A stretch of DNA of 32,000 bases from Candidatus Binataceae bacterium (GTDB lineage Bacteria > Desulfobacterota > Binatia > Binatales > Binataceae), in contig DASZGF010000197.1 in NCBI GenBank assembly GCA_035939115.1, forward strand, positions 1-32,000. Direction: 5' to 3'. Made by a program: the position numbers and the translations under genes. Position 1 is the stretch's first letter. Every line of letters begins with the position of its first letter. The notes under the pieces were generated by a model. It was not told where the DNA came from. It worked only from the letters and a program-made list of their open reading frames with translations, and ran no database searches. Shown in pieces: positions 22,971 through 30,963 of this stretch.

Positions 22971-23738
22971 TCAAGCCGCTTGGGTTTGCAGGAATTCCAA
23001 CAGAATGGAGTTGAACTCGGCGCCTTTCTCGAAATAGACCGAATGGCCGGCGCCGCGTATCAGCGCGGTGCGCGCATGCGGAATACGCCGCTTCATCAAT
23101 TCCATCGTCGAGGGCGGGATGAGCGCGTCTTGATCGCCCCACACCAGCAGGGTCGGGATGCGATGCTCGACCAACGGATCGGGCGAAAAGCGCAGGCCGA
23201 ACAGGCCGGCCAGCAGCTTGGCTGGAAGATTGTTCATTTGGTTGATTTCGCTATAAAGGAAATGCAACGCCGGTTCGCGCTGGGGGAAATCCGCTGCGAC
23301 CGCCCGGGGAACCAAGCCGCCCTCCGCGCGGCCCGCGATAAGCTTTTGCTCGGCCCGCACATCGGGGTCATCCATACCCGCCGTGGTATCGCACAACACT
23401 AACGCCCGCGTGCGATGCGGGTAGGTGGCGGCAAAGCCGAGCACCGTCCATCCGCCCATCGATTGGCCCACCACTGCGGCCTTTTCGATTCCCAGGTGAT
23501 CGAGCAGGGCGCGCAGGTCTTCGACGTAGGAGCCGGCGCCGGGTCCGTCCGCGGTTTCGTGCGAAACTCCGAAGCCCCGATGGTCGAAGGTGACGCACTG
23601 ATACTTGCCGGACAGAGCCGGGACCTGCTGCCACCAGCTCAAGTGGCTGCCGGCGCCGCCATGGGCGAGCACAATCGCAGGTCCGTGGCCGTGCGTTTCA
23701 TAGTAGAGATCGATCCCGTTAACTTTTGCCAGTGGCAT
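22971..23738 (-). CDS. Alpha/beta-fold hydrolase
   Basis: It has the HG oxyanion region (VLAHGGAGSH), the nucleophile elbow GQSMGG, and a C-terminal GAGHSVYFE (catalytic His). Confidence 0.85.
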   Translation of the reverse strand: MPLAKVNGIDLYYETHGHGPAIVLAHGGAGSHLSWWQQVPALSGKYQCVTFDHRGFGVSHETADGPGAGSYVEDLRALLDHLGIEKAAVVGQSMGGWTVLGFAATYPHRTRALVLCDTTAGMDDPDVRAEQKLIAGRAEGGLVPRAVAADFPQREPALHFLYSEINQMNNLPAKLLAGLFGLRFSPDPLVEHRIPTLLVWGDQDALIPPSTMELMKRRIPHARTALIRGAGHSVYFEKGAEFNSILLEFLQTQAA

Positions 23739-23798
23739 TTTTAAGTCTCCCGAAAATGCTTTGGGTTAATCTCTGTCTCGTGGGCGCTTGCGTATTGC

Positions 23799-24650
23799 TC
23801 AACTGTCCGATTTTTTCTCACGCGTCAGCGTTTTGGGAGTGGTGAAGCGCGGCGGACGTTTCTCGGCAAATGCTTTGACGCCCTCTTTGATGTCCGGCAG
23901 GCTGTACATCCAGGCAGTGGTTTCGTCGGTGTCGCGCAGCACCGTTTCCAGGTCGCTGGTCAGATGCTCGAACAGGATGCGCTTGGATTGTGCCACGCTT
24001 ATCGGGGAGCAGTTGTGCGCGATGTCGTGGGCGATCTCATGTGCCCGCGCCATCAACTGGTCGTCGGGCACGACCTCACGCAGATAGCCCATCTTCAGGG
24101 CTTCCTCCGCGCTTATCATCCGTCCCGTAATGATCAGGTCGACAGCGTTGGCCAGGCCCACTATCCTCGGCAGCAGATACCCGGTTGCGTCTTCGATCGT
24201 CAGACCGCGGCGGGTAAAGATCGACCCCAGCCGGGCACCTTGCGCGGCGATGCGGAAGTCGAAGTAAAGCGGCATGGTGAAGCCGATACCGGCGGCAACC
24301 CCGTTAATCGCGCCAATCACCGGCGTGCGCAAGCCGCGCATATAAGGCAGCAATCCCGGCTTGCGCGGGGGCTTGGTAGTGGAGGTCGGGACGGGGGTTT
24401 CCCGCTTTGCCGGCTCATTGGAAGAGTTGGCGCGATTGCCCACCAGCGACATGTCCGCCCCCGAGCAAAACGCCTTGCCGGCGCCGGTAAAGATGATCGC
24501 GCCGATGTCGTTGTCATTGTCGGCGTCGCCAAATGCGTCGCGCATCTCGCGGCTCATCGTGGGCGTCCAGGCGTTGTAGCTCGCGGGCCGGTTCATCGTG
24601 ATCGTGGCTACACGATCCGCTTTATTGTAGAGGATCTCGCTATACGCCAT
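23799..24650 (-). CDS. Enoyl-CoA hydratase/isomerase (crotonase) family protein
   Basis: ITMNRPASYNAW...IIFTGAGKAFCSGADM...PVIGAINGVAAGIG...F(E)KRPPRF are typical crotonase blocks. Confidence 0.85.
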   Translation of the reverse strand: MAYSEILYNKADRVATITMNRPASYNAWTPTMSREMRDAFGDADNDNDIGAIIFTGAGKAFCSGADMSLVGNRANSSNEPAKRETPVPTSTTKPPRKPGLLPYMRGLRTPVIGAINGVAAGIGFTMPLYFDFRIAAQGARLGSIFTRRGLTIEDATGYLLPRIVGLANAVDLIITGRMISAEEALKMGYLREVVPDDQLMARAHEIAHDIAHNCSPISVAQSKRILFEHLTSDLETVLRDTDETTAWMYSLPDIKEGVKAFAEKRPPRFTTPKTLTREKKSDS

Positions 24651-24747
24651 CGCTTGGTCTCCGCGTCAATAAAACCAGGTCTGAGATAACCCAGTGAACG
24701 CTATGATTGCCGGGGCGAGGTTGTCAAACCGCTGGCGGCGCGACTCA

Positions 24748-24872
24748 GTAGGGCGGGCGTCCCTGCCCGCCATCAAAAACGCCGGCACGGAGGTTGGCGC
24801 TACGGGAGAAAAGCGCCCATTCTGAAATACTGACTGTTCCGTTTCTACCGTAGCGCCGGCCGCCGTGCCGGC
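24748..24872. repeat. Three GTAG-headed REP units (one single plus one REPIN doublet) downstream of the kinase gene
   Basis: The units are gtagggcgggcgtccctgcccgcc (24748-24771), gccggcacggaggttggcgctac (24781-24803) and gtagcgccggccgccgtgccggc (24850-24872). Confidence 0.8.
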
Positions 24873-24878
24873 GTCTTC

Positions 24879-27113
24879 TTATCCGCTGCGCGACGGCTTT
24901 GTCCCAAGCTTGACCGCTACGTCAATAGTCTGACCATTGCGCACCAGCGTGACCGTTACCGTCTGACCCGCCGCCTTCGCCGCGATTGCGTCGCGAAAAT
25001 CGGCGTGATTTCCGACCGGCCTGCTGTCGATTGCGACAATCACGTCGTCCCGCATGATTCCTGCGCCCGCCGCCGGTCCGCGCGGCGCCAGGTATGACAC
25101 CAGCGCGCCGCCGCCGCCCGACTTGACTGTCAGACCCATCCATCCGCGTGGAACCTCGACTGTGGATACCAGGCTGCGCACTCCGGCCACGCCGCGGGCG
25201 AGGTTTTCAATCTCCTCCTTCTGTGTGAAGTCGGACGCGCTTCCGCTGATGTAGGCGCGTCCCGCGGAATCGACGCTCACGCCAACGTTGGGAAAGCCAT
25301 TGTCGGACAGGCTCTGGCGTAGATCCGCCTCGATGAATTCGGGCGCACGTGCGGTGCGCCGCGGACGCGCTGCGGCGCGATACCGGATTGCCGGCCGCCG
25401 CGCCGCAGGCTTTGGCGCGATAGTGGCGGGTGCGTATGGCGGCGGCCAACGGTAGGTTGACATCGATGGCGCCGGCGGCGACGCCGCCGCTATCAGCAAC
25501 GCGGCCGCGCATACCGCCGCTGGCGGCGCTATCAAAAGGAAAAACGCCCTGGCCCGCGCCGCCAGTCCTAACCCGCGGCGCGAGAGAAGCCTGACACATG
25601 CGCGGCGCAGCATCAGGCCGCTGCCGATAGCGACGGCGACGACTAGGGCGGGAAATAACAAGTAGTCGATCAGCAGCGCCGCGACGGCGGCATGCAAAGC
25701 GCTGATCGCGATCAACCCAACGATGAGCGTGACCGCGCGCCCGCGCCGCCGTGACGCAACCAGGGCGATAAGCAACGCCACCAGCCCCAGAGTGCTAATG
25801 AGGTTCGCGGCCTCCCTTATCTTCGCAAGCGCAACGCCGTGCAGAATTCTGGATATGGTGATGCCCCTACCGGCCAGCAGGACCTCACCGCTCAGCGCGA
25901 GCCCGCCGGCCACCGCGAGCGCGGCCATGAAGAGCGAGCGCACCACCGCCAACACATCCTGATTGTCGGCCGCCTCGACGACTTCGGGTTGCGGGGCGGA
26001 CGCCGGCAGCGGCACGGTAGGCGCCAGCGGTGGAGGCGGCGGTGCGGAATGTGGGCGCGGCGGTGGGGGGACGTGAGGGGCAGGAGCGCGATGTGTTCGC
26101 GGCACGGATGCGCGTGATTGCGGCGCATGAGCGGCAACGGGTTTTGCGGATGTCGCGGCAATCAGACGCGCTTTGAATTGGGCGGCGGTCGACGGCCGGC
26201 GGTCCGCCTCGCTGCTCAGCGCCTGATCGATCAGCATGCACAGCGGGTTGGGCAGATCGGCCCGCAGGGAGGCCAGCGGCGGAAAGCTGAATGGTTCGTG
26301 CTCCTGCGGATCGCGACCGGAAAGCGCGTAATGCAAAACTCCGCCCAGCGCGTACAGGTCGGTGCGCGGTTCGGACATTCCGCGATACTGTTCCGGCGCC
26401 GCGTAGCCGGGCGTCCCGTGTACGGTGCCCCGCTGGACCTGGAAATGGCGCGCGATGCCGAAATCGATCAGCTTGACAACTTCCGCGCCGCTGGTCTGCG
26501 GCGCGAGCATGATGTTGTCCGGCTTCAGATCGCGATGGACTAGCGGTGGCGTCTGGCCGTGCAGATACTCCAGCGCGTCGAGCACCTGCAACGCGATTTC
26601 GACCATCTCGCCGACGCCGAGACGGCCGCGGCTGGCGATGCGCTGCTGCAGGGTTTGACCCGGGACGTATTCCTCGACCAGGTAGCATCGGTCGGCCTCA
26701 TCGAAATAGTCATAGACCTGGACGATGTGGATGTTGCCGAGCTTGGCCAGACTCTCCGCCTCGCGGCCAAACATCAGCTTGCCTTCGGCAATGGCTTGCA
26801 GGCTGCGCGCCGAGGGGGTCAGTTCGGCCAGCGCGCACAGCCGGTTGCTCAGCCGCTGGTCGGCCGCGAGGTACATGAGCTTCTGCCCACCGCCGCCCAA
26901 CTCGCGCTCGATCCGGTAGCGGCCCGCGATGACCCGGCGCGACGATGCGGATGCAATCGGCGGGGTCGAGACGGACGCGCCGGCGCCGAGCGGGTCGCCG
27001 CAGCTATCGCAGTAGGCGCTGCCATCGAGGTTCTCAACGCTGCAGTTGGGGCACTTAATCACGCCTGATCTCTTCCCGCGTTCACAATTATACCGGCGCG
27101 CAGCCTTTGACAT
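24879..27113 (-). CDS. Multidomain Ser/Thr protein kinase: zinc ribbon + Hanks-type kinase (atypical lysine placement) + Pro-rich linker + polytopic TM region + BON + PDZ
   Basis: - Zinc ribbon: CPNCSVENLDGSAYCDSCG.
- Kinase: LGGGGQKLMY, FGREAESLAKL, HRDLKPDNIML, DFGIA, GTPGYAAPE.
- TM region: four or more hydrophobic helices (residues about 400-560).
- BON-like: DLRQSLSDNGFPNVGVSVDSAGRAYISGSASDFTQKEEIENLARGVAGVRSLVSTVEV.
- PDZ: GALVSYLAPRGPAAGAGIMRDDVIVAIDSRPVGNHADF...VTVTLVRNGQ.

The start is uncertain. ATG 27113 is chosen because the track start at 27173 leaves only 18 nt to the divergent gene. Confidence 0.85.
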   Translation of the reverse strand: MSKAARRYNCERGKRSGVIKCPNCSVENLDGSAYCDSCGDPLGAGASVSTPPIASASSRRVIAGRYRIERELGGGGQKLMYLAADQRLSNRLCALAELTPSARSLQAIAEGKLMFGREAESLAKLGNIHIVQVYDYFDEADRCYLVEEYVPGQTLQQRIASRGRLGVGEMVEIALQVLDALEYLHGQTPPLVHRDLKPDNIMLAPQTSGAEVVKLIDFGIARHFQVQRGTVHGTPGYAAPEQYRGMSEPRTDLYALGGVLHYALSGRDPQEHEPFSFPPLASLRADLPNPLCMLIDQALSSEADRRPSTAAQFKARLIAATSAKPVAAHAPQSRASVPRTHRAPAPHVPPPPRPHSAPPPPPLAPTVPLPASAPQPEVVEAADNQDVLAVVRSLFMAALAVAGGLALSGEVLLAGRGITISRILHGVALAKIREAANLISTLGLVALLIALVASRRRGRAVTLIVGLIAISALHAAVAALLIDYLLFPALVVAVAIGSGLMLRRACVRLLSRRGLGLAARARAFFLLIAPPAAVCAAALLIAAASPPAPSMSTYRWPPPYAPATIAPKPAARRPAIRYRAAARPRRTARAPEFIEADLRQSLSDNGFPNVGVSVDSAGRAYISGSASDFTQKEEIENLARGVAGVRSLVSTVEVPRGWMGLTVKSGGGGALVSYLAPRGPAAGAGIMRDDVIVAIDSRPVGNHADFRDAIAAKAAGQTVTVTLVRNGQTIDVAVKLGTKPSRSG

Positions 27114-27191
27114 GTCGCAGTCAGCGGCAAATGTTTGTAGAATCTGACGCGGTTTGGCCGCGAAGCCTGGCAAAAGTTCGGAGGGTTGACC

Positions 27192-28373
27192 ATGGATTTT
27201 GATTTCCGGCCCGAGGAAAGGCAGTTTCGCGATGAGGTAAAGGCGTTTTTAAAGCGCGAGTTGCCCGATTGGTGGCGCGGGCTTTTTTCCGAGGACGATC
27301 GGGTGCCGGCGCTGACCAGGGAAATCAGCGAGAAGCTGGCCGCGCGCGGCTGGCTTACCATCTCCTGGCCGCGCGAGTATGGCGGCGGCGCGCAGAACGA
27401 ATGGAAGCAAGCCGTAATTCGCGAGGAAATGTATGCGCATGACGAGCCGCGCGGGCCGCAGTACATGAACCTCAACTATATCGGCCCGATGATCATGCGC
27501 TTCGGCACGCCGGAGCAGAAGGCGCGCTTCCTGCCGCCGATGGCCGCGGGCAAGGTGATTTGGTGCCAGGGATTTTCCGAACCCGGGGCGGGCTCCGACC
27601 TCGCCTCGCTGCGCACCCGCGCCGACGATGCCGGCGATCATTTCGTGATCAACGGCCAGAAGATCTGGACCAGTTACGCCGACTTCCCCGCCGACTGGTG
27701 TCTGCTGCTGGCGCGCACCGATCAGAAGGCGCCCAAGCACAAAGGCATCTCGGTCTTCGCGATGGACATGCGCACCCGCGGCATCACGGTGCGGCCGATC
27801 CGCAGCATGGCGGGCCCGCGCGACTTCAACGAGCTGTTCCTGGACGAGGTCGTAATCCCGCGCGACTGCCTGCTGGGAGCCAAAAACGAAGGCTGGATGA
27901 TGGTCGTGGCCGGGCTTTCCTTCGAGCGGGTCGGGGTCGCCCGCTATGCCAAGGCGGCGCGCGTGATCGAGATGCTGGTCGAGTACGCTCGCAACACCGT
28001 GGTTGACGGGCGCCCGCTGTCGGAGCGTCCCGAGGTGCGCGCCAAGATCGCCGACCTTTACTGCCGCTGCCAGGCGGCGCGGTTGCTCAACTATCGCGCC
28101 ATCTCGATGCAGGCCAAGGGCCAGGTGCCGGCCATCGAGGGTTCCATCGCGCGCGTCCACAACACCACGGTAGAGCAGTTGGCGGGCCAGGTCGGACTGG
28201 AGATAATCGGGCCGTCGGGTCAGCTCACGGAGGCGGATCCGATGGCGCCGGTGGGCGGCCTCATCGAGCATCAGTGGATCCACGAAATTTCGGCCACGAT
28301 CGCGGCGGGCACTATCGAAGTGCAGAAAAACATCATCGCGCAGCGCGGATTGTCGCTGCCTAAAGCGGAGTGA
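27192..28373 (+). CDS. Acyl-CoA dehydrogenase
   Basis: WPREYGG...CQGFSEPGAGSDLASL...FVINGQKIWTS...IAAGTIEVQKNIIAQRGL are canonical ACAD blocks. A ggaggg SD lies 6 nt before ATG 27192. Confidence 0.9.
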   Translation: MDFDFRPEERQFRDEVKAFLKRELPDWWRGLFSEDDRVPALTREISEKLAARGWLTISWPREYGGGAQNEWKQAVIREEMYAHDEPRGPQYMNLNYIGPMIMRFGTPEQKARFLPPMAAGKVIWCQGFSEPGAGSDLASLRTRADDAGDHFVINGQKIWTSYADFPADWCLLLARTDQKAPKHKGISVFAMDMRTRGITVRPIRSMAGPRDFNELFLDEVVIPRDCLLGAKNEGWMMVVAGLSFERVGVARYAKAARVIEMLVEYARNTVVDGRPLSERPEVRAKIADLYCRCQAARLLNYRAISMQAKGQVPAIEGSIARVHNTTVEQLAGQVGLEIIGPSGQLTEADPMAPVGGLIEHQWIHEISATIAAGTIEVQKNIIAQRGLSLPKAE

Positions 28374-28427
28374 TAATAAAGCGCCGCTGCGCGTTTGTCA
28401 GCCGGCAGCGATTCGAGGAGCGATTGA

Positions 28428-29432
28428 ATGCGGGAGATCAAGTTCAACCTGGGGCTGCCGATTGCCGGTTTCAACCGCGCCAAGGCGTGGGCGGAGCGCG
28501 CCGAGGCGCTGGGCTTTTACTCGGTGTCGGTCGCCGACCACATGTTCACCCGCACCAACTTTCTGAACTTCGAGAGAACTCCGGCCCAGCCGCAGATCGA
28601 ATGCTACACGACACTGGCGGCGGTCGCGGCTTTGACCCGGCGCGTGCGGCTGGTGTCCTTCATTTCGCCGATGAAGTTTCGCCATCCGCCGCTGCTGGCC
28701 AAGATGTTGTCCACCATCGATCAGATTAGCGGTGGCCGGGTCATCGCGGGGCTGGGCGCCGGATGGCAATTGGAGGAACTCGAAAACTACGGCTTCGGGT
28801 ATGGCACCAACGCGGAGCGAATCGATCGGCTGGATGAAGGGATTAAGGTCCTCAAGGCGATGTGGACGCAAGAGGAGCCGTCCTTTACGGGTCGCTATTA
28901 CAAAATCGATAAGGCATACAACTTTCCCAAGCCGGTGCAGAAACCACATCCGCCAATCATGATCGGCGGTTCGGGCAAAAAAATCCTGGAGGTCGCGGGG
29001 CGCGAAGCCGACATCGTGAACCTGATCGCCGCGGTCTACCAGGGCAGTGTCGAGCCCAGCCAGCAGGCCAGATTCGACAACGTCCAGCTCAAAAAGAAGA
29101 TCGCGCAACTGCACGAGTTGGCCCGCGCCGCCGGACGCGACCCCGATTCAATCGAACTGTCGGGCTTCCCCCTGGTCCTGATGTCGGCCAGCAAGAGCGA
29201 AGCTGATACGATGGCGAAGTCTGCCGGCGACGCCTCGGGGATAGCGGACCTCGACGAGGTGCGGCGCTTGCCGATGTCGCTAATCGGTACGCCCGACGAG
29301 ATCAAACGCGAGCTGCGCTACCGAATCGAGGAGTTCAATATGACCTATTACATGCTCGCGCTCGGCAGCCCCGAAGCGGTCGACCTGTTCGCATCCAAGG
29401 TGATGCCGGAATTCGCTTCCTCGGAAAGCTGA
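28428..29432 (+). CDS. LLM-class (luciferase-like), probably F420-dependent, oxidoreductase
   Basis: AERAEALGFYSVSVADH...ECYTTLAAVAALTRRVRL...GRVIAGLGAGW...PHPPIMIGGSGKK is the typical LLM F420-type block order. Confidence 0.8.
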   Translation: MREIKFNLGLPIAGFNRAKAWAERAEALGFYSVSVADHMFTRTNFLNFERTPAQPQIECYTTLAAVAALTRRVRLVSFISPMKFRHPPLLAKMLSTIDQISGGRVIAGLGAGWQLEELENYGFGYGTNAERIDRLDEGIKVLKAMWTQEEPSFTGRYYKIDKAYNFPKPVQKPHPPIMIGGSGKKILEVAGREADIVNLIAAVYQGSVEPSQQARFDNVQLKKKIAQLHELARAAGRDPDSIELSGFPLVLMSASKSEADTMAKSAGDASGIADLDEVRRLPMSLIGTPDEIKRELRYRIEEFNMTYYMLALGSPEAVDLFASKVMPEFASSES

Positions 29433-29485
29433 GGCCCTGGTCGGATTCGGTGGTGGTCTGGGCTTGGGGTGCCTGAAATTTAAAT

Positions 29486-30936
29486 GGGTCTTCTGCATTT
29501 CGAGTGGGTGAAAAATGCCTGGTCGCGCGGTGCTAGGCCGCGCGGGACAAGGGTTTGGGAGCTTTGTTGAGACGGAGAAATTTGGCATGAAATGGCGATG
29601 CGCAAGCGACGACGACTGCAGGATGCGTATCGCTTCCCGGGCTTCCAGCCGTTGGCGACCGCGCGCGGTGTGTTTGGTGATCCGCAGGTGCCCATTGTGC
29701 AGCTGGTGCGCCGGCGAAAAAAACGACGTGTGGCGTCTGCGGGGAAGCCCATCGGGCGTTCTACGATCAGCGGCCCCGGTGGGTGGGCGATCTGGCGTGT
29801 GGCGATACGCGGATTTACTTGGAGCTGGCGGTGCGGCGGGTGCAGTGCCGCCGGTGTGGCACGGTGAAGCAGGAAGGTCTGGGCTGGCTGGCCGACCATC
29901 CGTTCTACACGAAGCGGTTCGCGTTCTGGGTGGGCCGCCGCTGCCGAGTGGCCACGATCAAGGATGTCGCCGAGGAGACGCATCTCGATTGGCGCACCAT
30001 CAAGAGCTTGGAGATGCAATACATGCGCGCGCAGCTGCGCCGCGTCCGGCCCCCGGCCCCCCGCGCTATTGGCATCGACGAGATCTCGATCCGCAAGGGG
30101 CACACCTACCGGATCGTAGTCAGCGATCTGGATCGGATGCGCCCGATCTGGTTCGGCGGCACGGACCGGTCGGAAGCCAGCATGGACGAGTTCTTCGCCT
30201 GGCTCGGGCCGAAGAAGTGTCGGCGCATTCAGTTGGCGGTGATGGATATGTGGAAGCCGTTTCGCAATTCCACCAAGCGCCACGCGCCGCAGGCCAACAT
30301 CCTGTTCGACAAGTTCCACATCATGCGCCACCTCGGCGATGCCCTCGACACGGTGCGCAAGCGCGAGTACGCACGCGTGAGTGGCAACGATCGACGGTTC
30401 ATCAAGGGGCAGAAGTACACGCTGCTCTCGCACCGGGAGAACCTGACGCTCGACGGCCGCCGCGCCCTCAAGCAGTTGTTGGCGGCCAACAAACGACTGA
30501 ACACCGCCTACCTGCTCAAGGAGGCCTTCGGCCAGCTCTGGGATTACCGCCGCGAGGGCTGGGCGCGCCGCTTCTTCGAGAATTGGAGAGCGGCGCTGAA
30601 GTGGCAACGCCTCAAGCCGTACGAGAAGTCGAGCGGCACTGGGACGGGATTGCCGCCTACTGTCGCCCCGAGAACAAGGTCTCCTTGGGCTTCGTCGAAG
30701 GACTCAACAACAAGATCCGCGTCATCTAGCGCCGGGCCTACGGGCTGCGCGACGAGGAGTATCTGCGACTGAAGGTCCTGACCTGCATGTTGCCCAAGCT
30801 CTGAGGTCGCCAGCGCGCGCCAGCGGGCCCGGTGCTTACCAACACCCCGCCCCACCGCGTCGCCTGGCTCGTTACCGGCCCGCGCCGCCCCCGCCCCGTC
30901 TTCAACGCGCGGAATCGTCAAATTTGCAGAAAAGGC
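29486..30936 (+). mobile_element. Decayed ISL3-family insertion sequence
   Basis: The element contains a transposase pseudogene. Imperfect terminal inverted repeats are gggtcttctgcatttcgag (29486-29504) and the reverse complement of 30916-30936 (gccttttctgcaaatttgacg), sharing the core T(C/T)TTCTGCA(A)ATTT. Both flanks are AT-rich. I could not verify target-site duplications. Confidence 0.6.
29592..30804 (+). pseudogene. ISL3-family transposase, inactivated (two frameshifts and one in-frame TAG)
   Basis: Three frames carry consecutive parts of the protein.
- Frame 0: MAMRKRRRLQDAYRFPGF...VQLVRRRKK.
- Frame 2: CGVCGEAHRAFYDQRPRWVGDLACGDTRIYLELAVRRVQCRRCGTVKQE...DEISIRKGHTYRIVVSDL...MDMWKPF...FDKFHIMRHL...LKPYEK.
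- Frame 1: VERHWDGIAAYCRPENKVSLGFVEGLNNKIRVI, then TAG (30727-30729), then RRAYGLRDEEYLRLKVLTCMLPKL.

The first shift is at the A7 run 29717-29723, where A8 would restore the frame. The second is near 30628-30632. Confidence 0.85.
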
Positions 30937-30963
30937 TAAAAACTCATAAAAGGGAAGAAAACC

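Noticed and set aside
29717-29723. The A7 run in the ISL3 transposase as a programmed -1/+1 frameshift site.
   Set aside because: ISL3 transposases are normally single ORFs. This copy has two further inactivating lesions downstream, so decay or a homopolymer sequencing error is the simpler explanation.
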